Source: Candidatus Ozemobacteraceae bacterium (GTDB lineage: Bacteria; Muiribacteriota; Ozemobacteria; Ozemobacterales; Ozemobacteraceae). From it: a stretch of 64,000 bases of DNA. The notes under the pieces were generated by a model. That model was not told the DNA's origin, did not search any database, and saw only the letters and a program-made list of their open reading frames with translations. Shown here piece after piece: positions 46,021-54,606 of this stretch. Position 1 is the stretch's first letter. Each line of letters opens with the position of its first letter. The DNA lies in assembly GCA_965140445.1 (NCBI GenBank), contig OZ223236.1, positions 3,520,001 through 3,584,000 on the forward strand, given 5' to 3'. A program made the position numbers and the translations under genes.

Positions 46021-46446
46021 ATGCCAGGAACAGGACCAGGGTATAAAATTTTAAGAACGCTAAATGATTTTTTTAGCAGTGCGCCTTATGAGGGAGAAGT
46101 TGTTTTTGTTTTACTTCTTCCAACCTTCATTATCATCATTCTTCTCATCTTTTTTCGAGAAAAGCCTCAACCTCAGAGCTTTGAAGAGCTTAGAGCAATT
46201 GATAAGAACATTGAAACCTTTGAAGTTATAAGACTCCAAAGAGGATTAGAAGAATTTGACCGTGATTTTCTTTTGGAAATCGCTTTGGAGCATCATTGTG
46301 CTCCTGCCTATAAGATGCTTATGAATAAGGAAACTTTCGAGCGAGTTGAAAAAGAGTTGATTTTTGAACTAAAACAAAAAGGCGAATCACTCGAAACCAA
46401 CAAAAGACTTGATTATTTGAAGAAATTAAAAAAAAGAATTTTCTAA
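46021..46446 (+). CDS. single-TM hypothetical protein
   Basis: One TM (VVFVLLLPTFIIIILLIFF) then a helical domain. Starts 2 nt after the HEAT gene. Confidence 0.75.
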   Translation: MPGTGPGYKILRTLNDFFSSAPYEGEVVFVLLLPTFIIIILLIFFREKPQPQSFEELRAIDKNIETFEVIRLQRGLEEFDRDFLLEIALEHHCAPAYKMLMNKETFERVEKELIFELKQKGESLETNKRLDYLKKLKKRIF

Positions 46447-46457
46447 TTACCTATCCC

Positions 46458-46904
46458 CTACTTTTCAGTATCAATGATTATTGTCACTGGCCCATCATTT
46501 TCTTGTAAGATCTTCATATCCGCACCAAAAATTCCTTCTGAAACTTTTTTAACATTCAAATTTCTTAATTCCTGACAAAATTCCTTATACATTTTCTTAG
46601 CTTTTTCAGGCTCCTCAGCCTTTGAAAAACCAGGACGATAACCACTTTTAACTTCCCCATACAAAGTAAATTGTGAAACAGCTAAAATTTCATAATCACA
46701 ATCTTTAACTGATAAATTCATTTTTCCATCACTATCTGGAAATATTCTAAGCCCGGCAATTTTTTTTGCCAACCACATCATATCCTTCTCGGTATCTTCT
46801 TTTCCAATTCCGTGGTAAACAACCAGGCCCTTTTCAATTTTTGATACAAGATTTCCATCAACAACTAAAGTTGCATAATTTACTCTTTGAATTACAGCGC
46901 GCAT
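46458..46904 (-). CDS. dtd: D-aminoacyl-tRNA deacylase
   Basis: MRAVIQRV, SQFTL, NDGPVT; SD GGAGG. Confidence 0.96.
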   Translation of the reverse strand: MRAVIQRVNYATLVVDGNLVSKIEKGLVVYHGIGKEDTEKDMMWLAKKIAGLRIFPDSDGKMNLSVKDCDYEILAVSQFTLYGEVKSGYRPGFSKAEEPEKAKKMYKEFCQELRNLNVKKVSEGIFGADMKILQENDGPVTIIIDTEK

Positions 46905-46925
46905 ATTTTCCTCCAGGTCTAAAAC

Positions 46926-46954
46926 AAAAAAAGAGCGCATATGCGCTCTTTTTT
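46926..46954. terminator. palindromic terminator after secF
   Basis: AAAAAAGAGCGCATATGCGCTCTTTTTT perfect palindrome with T tracts on both strands. Confidence 0.75.
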
Positions 46955-46964
46955 GGTAAGCGTT

Positions 46965-47879
46965 TTATTTCTTATTAAGTTTCTCACCAGTCATTTCAAG
47001 AAGAACTGGGCTGGAAATAAAGATTGAAGAATATGTTCCAACAATTACACCAAAAGTAAGAGTTAATGCAAAACCTTTAATTGAGATTCCACCAAGAGTG
47101 AGAAGCGCAAGCAAGGCAAACAAAGTAGTCATTGATGTATTGATAGTTCTTCCAAGAGTCTGATTGATTGATTCGTTAATCAGATTGGAGAAACTTGATT
47201 CTCGCATAATCTTTCTATTTTCTCTAATTCTATCAAGCACAACGATGGAGTCATTCGTAGAATAACCAAGCATCGTAAGAATAGAAGCGAGAACTGTAAT
47301 ATCAAATTCAACTCCAAGAAGAGCCAGGAATCCAAGGGTAATAATTAAATCATGCAAAATAGCGACAACAGCGCCAGTTGCAGATTGAAATTCAAAACGA
47401 TATGCAAGATACAAAAGAATTCCGACGATAGAAAGAATTGCCGCCTGAAGTCCCTGCTTCTTCATTTCATCTCCAACAGTTGGGCCAACATTTGAAACTT
47501 CAAGAGCTTCATCAGAATAAGGAGCAGCTTTTTTAAGGTCACCAAGAATTAAGTCATGAATTTCAGAGTTCTTCTGACTATCAACTGGAGCCGCTGGGTA
47601 TTGAATAATATATTCTTTAGACTGACTTCCACCAACAGCCTGAATAATTAGCTGCTGTGAGGTAAAATAAAGCTTTCTTTCTTTTTCGATGCCTTTAAAA
47701 ATATCACGGATCTTTGTTTCGGTCATTTCATCTGTAAAGCGAACGTGGATAATACTTCCGCCTTTAAAATCAATTCCATAATTCAAGCCTTTAACAACAA
47801 GAAGTAAAACTGATAGCACAACCAAAACGATTGAAACTGTGAAAAATGTATATCTATACTTCATGAACTGATAATTCAT
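46965..47879 (-). CDS. secF: protein translocase subunit SecF
   Basis: GIDFKGG, VGPTVG, GYSTNDSIVVLDRIRE. Confidence 0.97.
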   Translation of the reverse strand: MNYQFMKYRYTFFTVSIVLVVLSVLLLVVKGLNYGIDFKGGSIIHVRFTDEMTETKIRDIFKGIEKERKLYFTSQQLIIQAVGGSQSKEYIIQYPAAPVDSQKNSEIHDLILGDLKKAAPYSDEALEVSNVGPTVGDEMKKQGLQAAILSIVGILLYLAYRFEFQSATGAVVAILHDLIITLGFLALLGVEFDITVLASILTMLGYSTNDSIVVLDRIRENRKIMRESSFSNLINESINQTLGRTINTSMTTLFALLALLTLGGISIKGFALTLTFGVIVGTYSSIFISSPVLLEMTGEKLNKK

Positions 47880-47900
47880 TGTTCTTTCCTTCCCTTCTGC

Positions 47901-49583
47901 CTATATACTCAGAGTCTTTGCTTTGTTACCACTGTAGATTAAATCTAAAGCAAGTTTTACACACACTATCGCGGTGAAAACGTTTGCCAACAATCCAATG
48001 CCAAGAGTGGTCGCAAAGCCTCTAATTGGGCCGGAACCGAAGACATAAAGAATTGCTACAGTTAATAGAGTTGTTACGTTCGAATCAATAATACAAGCCA
48101 GAGCTCTATCAAAACCTGCGTTTATAGAAGCCTTAACTGTTTTTCCTGATCTGAACTCTTCTCTAATTCTTTCAAAGATAATTACGTTAGCATCAACTGC
48201 CATACCTACGGTAAGGATAAGACCAGCAATACCAGGGAGAGTTAATGTTCCGCCAAAGAATACTAATACAGAGAAAATAATCAATGTATTAAAAATTACT
48301 GCTGCATCTGCTAGAACACCGCTGAGTTTGTAGAAAAGGGCCATATAGATCAAAATAAGGATGGCACCGATTAAACCAGCTTTCCACCCCGCTTCAATAG
48401 ATTCTTTACCAAGGGTCGGTCCAACAACTCTGCTTTCTAATGCAATCAAACTAGCTGGTAGAGCACCGGCTTTGAGAACGATTGAAAGGTTCTGAGCTTC
48501 TTCAAGGGTAAAACGACCGGTGATAGTTGCCTGACCACCTGTGATTCTGGATTGAATAACAGGAGCACTATGAACTTTATTATCAAGAACGATGGCAAGC
48601 TGTTCGCCGATATGAGAACCTGTTACCTGAGCAAACTTAGCTGAACCTTCAGCATTGAATTCAAGATGAACGTTAGGTGAACCCATATCATCAAAAGAAA
48701 CTTTGGCAAACTTCAGATCTTTTCCTGAAACTTCAGCTTTTTTGTTCAATTTGAACCACATAGCTTGCTGTTTAGGAGTGCCTGGCTGCATAAGAACTAT
48801 TTCAGTTTCACTGTTTACTGGCTCAAGCTGAGCAGCAGTCAATGCCTGATCCTGCACAAGGTGGAACTGGAGCATTGCAGTGTTCTGAATAAGATTTTTT
48901 ACTCTTTCAGGATTTTTTACACCAGGAAGCTGAATGCGAATTCTATTACCTTCCTGTGGTTTGATACTTGGTTCGGCAATACCGAACATATCAATACGAT
49001 TTCTAATAATAGCTACAGATCTTGCAACCGCTTCAGTGATGCTGTCATTTTCCTGAATGGAATTAACATCTACTTGATATACTAGATCGATGCCGCCTTT
49101 AAGATCCAATCCCATAGTAATTTTCGATCTTGGGAAAAAACTGGCTAATGCAAGAGGCAAGTTAGCATAGAGATTTGTTTCAGAAACAATTCTCTTAAGA
49201 TCATCAGCTGTTTTGCCAGGAACACGAATACTAACATTATTGTTTTCGTAATCAGGGTTTACAACTCGAGGATCGAGGTTCATCTGAAGTAAACGTTTTC
49301 TCGCGGATTCAGTTACGCTATTGAGAACATCTTCAGTGTTTGCAGGGTTTTTTGCTCTATTAAAAATAGGAGCAACCCTATCGACCTGGAATTTTACCAG
49401 GCCTGCTTGTCCATCTGGGGTATTGGTGAATTCCAATAACCGTGCGGGAACAGCAACTTGTTCGTCCATGGTCAAAATACCAAATGAACTATCCCACAAA
49501 CTTGTTGAGGGGAACGTGTAGAGAACCGCAAAAAGTGCTACCGCTAATACTGCGACGATTTTGTAAGTATGTTTACTCTTCAT
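47901..49583 (-). CDS. secD: protein translocase subunit SecD
   Basis: GLDLKGG, LAIVLD, AGALP, GMAVDANVIIFERIREE. Confidence 0.97.
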   Translation of the reverse strand: MKSKHTYKIVAVLAVALFAVLYTFPSTSLWDSSFGILTMDEQVAVPARLLEFTNTPDGQAGLVKFQVDRVAPIFNRAKNPANTEDVLNSVTESARKRLLQMNLDPRVVNPDYENNNVSIRVPGKTADDLKRIVSETNLYANLPLALASFFPRSKITMGLDLKGGIDLVYQVDVNSIQENDSITEAVARSVAIIRNRIDMFGIAEPSIKPQEGNRIRIQLPGVKNPERVKNLIQNTAMLQFHLVQDQALTAAQLEPVNSETEIVLMQPGTPKQQAMWFKLNKKAEVSGKDLKFAKVSFDDMGSPNVHLEFNAEGSAKFAQVTGSHIGEQLAIVLDNKVHSAPVIQSRITGGQATITGRFTLEEAQNLSIVLKAGALPASLIALESRVVGPTLGKESIEAGWKAGLIGAILILIYMALFYKLSGVLADAAVIFNTLIIFSVLVFFGGTLTLPGIAGLILTVGMAVDANVIIFERIREEFRSGKTVKASINAGFDRALACIIDSNVTTLLTVAILYVFGSGPIRGFATTLGIGLLANVFTAIVCVKLALDLIYSGNKAKTLSI

Positions 49584-49625
49584 TAAACAGAAACTCCCTT
49601 GCTAAGGTCGACCAAAGTAGACGTA

Positions 49626-49654
49626 ATTATATTCAAGCTGTCTATGATAGTCAA
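49626..49654 (-). promoter_or_regulatory. secDF promoter
   Basis: TTGACT-17 bp-TATAAT. Confidence 0.75.
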
Positions 49655-49782
49655 TCAATATTTAAGCATTTAATGTACATTAATTTTTTTATCGCCTTTA
49701 TACTGACGCTTAGGTTATATATAATGAAATTAGCAATTTTGCAATCCAGTAAAAATAATTTAGCGAGAGAACCTCAATAACA

Positions 49783-52488
49783 ATGACTTTTAATATAGCA
49801 CACAACAAACTTTCCATTCATTATCGCTCCCTCATTTCGGTCTTTTTTTGTTTGATTTTTATTTTGGGGTTATGCACAAATTTATTTGCAGGAGCAGCAG
49901 ATCCTTTAGTAAAAAAAGCAAAAGACCATTTAAATTTATTTCATTATGAGAAAGCGCGAGCAATTTTAAAACAGGCAACAAGTGTAGAACCAGAAAATTG
50001 GGAGCCCTACTACCTAATAGGAAAGTCCCTATGGAAAGAAAAAAAACATTATGAAGCTGAAAAGTTTCTGGTCAAAGCCTATGAATTAAATCCCAACGAA
50101 TTAGATTGCCAAAAGGCTCTGGGAGCTGTTTACATTTTTCTAGCCAAAGAAGCACAAAAGGCTGGAAATAGACAAAAAATGGTGGAGTATCTTCACAAAT
50201 CTTGCAAATCCTACCCCACTTCCACAAAAATGTGGCTTACCCTATTCGAAAACTGGCGAAACGATGGTGCCTACGACAAAATTAAAGCTGAAGGGGATTT
50301 TTTAGTAAAGAAGAATAAAAGAGCATTAGAAGCCGGTGACGACAAAAGTCTTCAATCAGCATTAGTCATTGTTGCCCAGGCATTTTTTAAATCTGGCAAC
50401 TACGGAGAGGCAGACAGTTTTTTAAAACATGCATCCAGAATCCGTCAAGCTAATGATGATCTTTATAACATGAAAAGAGATCTTAAAAATCTCGCTGAAG
50501 ATAAATCAAAAAAACTTTTTGAAGAGGCTCAGTTAGATTTTTCCAAGAAGCTGTATCTTTCGGCAATAAAAAAGCTTGAGGAAGCCAAATCCCACTCTAA
50601 CTACAGATCTTCTGAGATTCAGGATCTCCTGGAAAAATCTAAACTTGAAATGAATATTGCCACGGTATTGAAAAAGGTTGAAGATGCAGTTTCACAAAAA
50701 AATTATGAAGTTGCGTTGGAGGAATTAGGAAAAGCTGCCAGCAATTACCCCGAAGATACAAGAATCAGTAAAAAAATAGAAGAAGTTAATTCTGTTTATC
50801 AAGCCATTGTAAAAGACAAAGAAGAACGCGAAGCCAAATTACTTGCAATAAAACGCAAACGTATGAAGGCCGAAAAAGACCTTAAATATTATTCGGGTTT
50901 GGCCACAGAAAATGAAGAGAAAAAACAATATACACTTGCAATCAGTAATCTAAAGAAAGCAATGGAGTTTACATCCGATAAAGCCAACTTTGAAAAGAAA
51001 ATCTCGGAACTCGAAATCCTTGAAGCTGAAGAAGAACGCAAACAAAAAGAATTTTCCGAGAAATTTTCAAACTTAGAAGAGTTGTTCGCTGCGCAAAACT
51101 ATGAAAAAGCATATGAAACAGGGAAACCTCTTTTACAAGACTACCCTGAAAAGAAAAGTAGAATATCACCCATAGTCGCTGAATCTGCGCTAAATTTAGG
51201 ACACCTGGACGAAGCTAAAAATTTAGCAATAGACTTTGAAAATGAAAAAGATCAACAAGACCTATATTTTTATGTAACAGGAATGATTTTTTATAAAAAT
51301 GGCGATTTTGACCAGGCAATGGAATCTTTAAAAAAGATGAACGATAAAACTCCTGGTTTCCGTTCTGACGCAGCCAGTGCAATACGCTATATGTATCTGT
51401 ATAAATTCCAGATTGGAATTTATATAATTCTACTAATGCTCGCCTTTCCCATCTACAAGTATATAAGATCCTTTGTCAGCAATTACAAACAAAGCATGAT
51501 CTTGAGGAAGGTTGAAAAGATAAAAGAGGATGGAACATACTCAGAAAATCTTCAATTTCTACAAGAAAGATTTGAAAAAGAAGATGTCCCCAATCCCAAG
51601 CAAATTAACATCATGTATGCTGAAGCCTTATTCAGGACTGAAAATTACCAGAGAGCCTATGAATTAGCCTTAAACATAATAAAAAGAGATCCAAGAAATA
51701 CTACTGTTAAACGTATAATAGGAGAATCTTGCATAAAACTGGGAGATACTTCTCCGATTGCCATAGAAAATATTCAGGCTCTATTTAAACTGGATGAAAG
51801 CAGAACGGACATTGTTGAATTCCTTGCCAGAACTTATATGAACTTAAAAGCAGATCATAAATTGGCTCAGGACTTTATTTCAAGATTCCTTCAACAAAAT
51901 CCAACTGATACCAATTCACTTCTGTATCTTGCCGATATTATTATTAGTAGAGAAAACTATACTCAGGATTCTTACAAAACGTTAGAAAGAGCTTGTAGAG
52001 CAGCTCCAGAAATTCCTGAGTATCTTGCCGGGCTTATTGCAAATTATAAAAAGTTAGGCATGGAAAGCGAGCATTCTAAAGCCTTGGAAATGGCCAGACA
52101 AAAATTCCCAGATGAGCCTCTTTTTCAAGATAAGCCAGCTGGAATCCGAGCATCAATGAATAGTAATGTTGGTGGTGGTTTTCCTGATTACGAAAATATT
52201 GGAAATGACGAATATGATCAGCAACCTGGCCAAACAAACAACAGCAGTAATCCTGGGGGATTCCCGGATTATGAGAATATCGGCAACGAGAGCTATCCCG
52301 CAAATCCTGGGGGGTTCCCTGATTACGAAAACATTGGAAATTCTGCCCCTCCAATTCCAACCCCTCCAGCCCCTCCTGCTCAATCTCAGTCTCCTGGAGC
52401 AAAAACAGTTCCTTGCCCTCACTGTTCCAGCCAGGTTCCAATTTCGGAATATTATTGCTCAAGCTGTGGAAAACCAATGGCTGGCTAA
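49783..52488 (+). CDS. membrane-spanning TPR protein with C-terminal repeats and zinc ribbon
   Basis: Signal/anchor, TPRs, TM (IGIYIILLMLAFPIY), further TPRs, 3x GGFPDYENIGN, Pro-rich linker, CPHC...CSSC. Confidence 0.85.
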   Translation: MTFNIAHNKLSIHYRSLISVFFCLIFILGLCTNLFAGAADPLVKKAKDHLNLFHYEKARAILKQATSVEPENWEPYYLIGKSLWKEKKHYEAEKFLVKAYELNPNELDCQKALGAVYIFLAKEAQKAGNRQKMVEYLHKSCKSYPTSTKMWLTLFENWRNDGAYDKIKAEGDFLVKKNKRALEAGDDKSLQSALVIVAQAFFKSGNYGEADSFLKHASRIRQANDDLYNMKRDLKNLAEDKSKKLFEEAQLDFSKKLYLSAIKKLEEAKSHSNYRSSEIQDLLEKSKLEMNIATVLKKVEDAVSQKNYEVALEELGKAASNYPEDTRISKKIEEVNSVYQAIVKDKEEREAKLLAIKRKRMKAEKDLKYYSGLATENEEKKQYTLAISNLKKAMEFTSDKANFEKKISELEILEAEEERKQKEFSEKFSNLEELFAAQNYEKAYETGKPLLQDYPEKKSRISPIVAESALNLGHLDEAKNLAIDFENEKDQQDLYFYVTGMIFYKNGDFDQAMESLKKMNDKTPGFRSDAASAIRYMYLYKFQIGIYIILLMLAFPIYKYIRSFVSNYKQSMILRKVEKIKEDGTYSENLQFLQERFEKEDVPNPKQINIMYAEALFRTENYQRAYELALNIIKRDPRNTTVKRIIGESCIKLGDTSPIAIENIQALFKLDESRTDIVEFLARTYMNLKADHKLAQDFISRFLQQNPTDTNSLLYLADIIISRENYTQDSYKTLERACRAAPEIPEYLAGLIANYKKLGMESEHSKALEMARQKFPDEPLFQDKPAGIRASMNSNVGGGFPDYENIGNDEYDQQPGQTNNSSNPGGFPDYENIGNESYPANPGGFPDYENIGNSAPPIPTPPAPPAQSQSPGAKTVPCPHCSSQVPISEYYCSSCGKPMAG
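52174..52341 (+). repeat. three coding repeats of GGFPDYENIGN
   Basis: Identical 11-aa peptide three times with synonymous codon differences. Confidence 0.9.
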
Positions 52489-52503
52489 CTTATAAACAAA
52501 AAT

Positions 52504-52538
52504 AAAAAAAAACGCTCCATATAGGAGCGTTTTTTTTT
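52504..52538. terminator. bidirectional terminator
   Basis: A9-CGCTCC-ATATA-GGAGCG-T9 between convergent genes. Confidence 0.85.
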
Positions 52539-52549
52539 CAACTATTTAT

Positions 52550-53899
52550 CTACTTTTTACCTTTTTTAACCTTAAGAGCTTTTTTGGCAAATTCATCTAA
52601 CAAGCCTTTTACTGTTGGCTCACCAATTTCCTGGAGCTCATAGCTAACTCTCATATGAGGCTTTTTAAGCTTTTTGCAAACTCTGTTAATGTCAATTGGA
52701 GTAGCAGAAACGATTAAATCGCAATCACAGGCATTAATTGTCTTTTCAAGATCAGCAACCTGCTTTTTGCCATAACCAAGTGCAGGAATCAAATCACCAA
52801 TATGTGGATACTTTTCGAGAGCTTCGAGAATAGTTCCCTTAAAATATGGTTTTGGATCAACGATTTCAGCTGCACCGTATTTCTGAGCAGCAACAATACC
52901 TGCACCAATAGTCATTTCGCCATGAGTGAGAGTTGGGCCATCTTCAATTACAACAACTCTTTTGCCCCTCATCTTACGACCATCTTTAACTGAAATAGGG
53001 CTGGCTGCTTCAATAATTTCAGCGTTAGGGTTCATATTTCTCACGTTTTCGCGAACGATATCAACGTTGTACGGCTCGGCAGAGTCAATTTTATTAATAA
53101 CAACTATGTCAGCAGTGTAAATGTTGGCTTCACCTGGATGATAAAATCTTTCATGGTCTGGTCTGTGAGGATCAGCAACAACTATTTTCAGATCTGACTG
53201 GAAGAAAGGAAGATCATTGTTTCCGCCATCCCAGATAATTACGTCAGCTTCTTTTTCTGCTTCACGAGCGATTGCTTCATAATCTACTCCAGCATAAATT
53301 ACCGCGCCCATATCGATATGTGGTTCGTATTCTTCTCTTTCTTCAATTGTGCAGTTATGCTTATCAAGATCCTTGTAATCTGCAAATCTTTGACAAATCT
53401 GCTTTTCAAGGTTTCCATAAGGCATTGGGTGTCGAATTGAAACAACCTTTAATCCCATTGCTTTAAAGGCTTTAACAACCGCTCTGGTTGTTTGTGATTT
53501 TCCGCAACCTGTTCTTACAGCACAAACTGAAACAACTGGTTTTTTACACTTGATTGCTGTCTGATCATATCCGAGAAGCTTAAAAGAAGCACCGGCGGCA
53601 ATCACACGGCTTGCATGGCTCATAACGTATTCATGAGGAACATCGCTATATGCAAAAACAACTTCCTGAACTTTATGCTTTTTGATCAAATCAAGAAGCT
53701 TTGATTCTGGTTCAATTGGAATTCCTTTTGGATAATTTTTTCCAGCCAATTTAGCAGGATAAACTCTGCCCTCAATGTCAGGAATTTGAGTGGCAGTAAA
53801 AGCTACCACGTCATAATTTTTATTGTCTCTATAGACAAGATTAAAATTGTGAAAATCTCTCCCAGCTGCGCCCATAATAATAGTTTTAATTGGTGACAT
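52550..53899 (-). CDS. COG2403 P-loop protein (cDPGS-like; probable arginine synthetase ArcE family)
   Basis: IIMGAAGRDFHNFN, AVRTGCGKS, RHPMPYG, TIEEREEYEPH, WDGGNNDLPF, EDGPTLTHG. Start uncertain (53899 or 53911). Confidence 0.75.
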   Translation of the reverse strand: MSPIKTIIMGAAGRDFHNFNLVYRDNKNYDVVAFTATQIPDIEGRVYPAKLAGKNYPKGIPIEPESKLLDLIKKHKVQEVVFAYSDVPHEYVMSHASRVIAAGASFKLLGYDQTAIKCKKPVVSVCAVRTGCGKSQTTRAVVKAFKAMGLKVVSIRHPMPYGNLEKQICQRFADYKDLDKHNCTIEEREEYEPHIDMGAVIYAGVDYEAIAREAEKEADVIIWDGGNNDLPFFQSDLKIVVADPHRPDHERFYHPGEANIYTADIVVINKIDSAEPYNVDIVRENVRNMNPNAEIIEAASPISVKDGRKMRGKRVVVIEDGPTLTHGEMTIGAGIVAAQKYGAAEIVDPKPYFKGTILEALEKYPHIGDLIPALGYGKKQVADLEKTINACDCDLIVSATPIDINRVCKKLKKPHMRVSYELQEIGEPTVKGLLDEFAKKALKVKKGKK

Positions 53900-53971
53900 A
53901 CTTACAAACATCCTTTCCTTTTTAACTTGCTCCAATCCATACTGCACTGGAGTTAATTACATCTATATTTT

Positions 53972-54208
53972 TTAGTGACTACATGTGGAACATGAACTTG
54001 AAGAACAACTTCCACATGATGAAGAACTACCAGAATCCCCAATATTGATTTCTGTTCTATTTCCGCCCTGAGCAAAAGTAGACATTCTTTTCTTAACTTT
54101 CTTTGCTAAACAGAATTTGCACTCTATCTCCTCAAGATTTTCCTTAATTGAGCAAAGTTTGTCAAAATGTTTTTTACAATTTTCACAGAAGAATTCATAA
54201 ATTGGCAT
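53972..54208 (-). CDS. FmdB-family zinc ribbon protein
   Basis: MPIYEFFCENC...CKFC plus C-terminal CxxCxxxxCxxC. Confidence 0.88.
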   Translation of the reverse strand: MPIYEFFCENCKKHFDKLCSIKENLEEIECKFCLAKKVKKRMSTFAQGGNRTEINIGDSGSSSSCGSCSSSSCSTCSH

Positions 54209-54439
54209 ATCTAAACTCCTTAAGTCTTAAAGCTTCACAAATTCTAAAGAATATTCCAATACTCTTGTTCTGCTTTCAAGATTTCCTAACTATTCTGTTT
54301 CTGGTTTTTTCTTATTCCCTACAATTGCGGTGATGCATATAAAACTTTCTATAGAAAGTAATTTAAAATCAATTTTATAACTTTTGGAATACTTCTTAAA
54401 GCAAAATTGGGTCACAAATATATGATCATCCTTAACAAA

Positions 54440-54502
54440 TTAGAGAAACCATTTATTGTCCCTGCGTTTTGCAATTTCATTTGTATTAAAAAACCCGGCC
54501 AT
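54440..54502 (-). CDS. putative 20-aa leader peptide MAGFFNTNEIAKRRDNKWFL
   Basis: AGGAGG 7 nt before ATG, downstream of a predicted promoter. Confidence 0.5.
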   Translation of the reverse strand: MAGFFNTNEIAKRRDNKWFL

Positions 54503-54555
54503 AAAATGACCTCCTGAAATAATTATGTACTTTGATTATGCAGGACAATGAATGA

Positions 54556-54585
54556 ATGCTATCACGCGATTCACTTTGTAGTCAA
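54556..54585 (-). promoter_or_regulatory. promoter upstream of small ORF/FmdB/COG2403 genes
   Basis: TTGACT-18 bp-TAGCAT with extended -10 TG (same -10 as the rpsL promoter). Confidence 0.6.
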
Positions 54586-54606
54586 TATGGAGGGAACTTC
54601 CCGGCT

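Noticed and set aside
52171..52341. CRISPR-like spaced repeats
   Set aside because: In-frame coding repeats with synonymous variation and unequal spacers; no cas genes.
54209..54606. ArgR ARG boxes upstream of the ArcE-like operon
   Set aside because: Only half-site-like TGCATA matches; no complete box.
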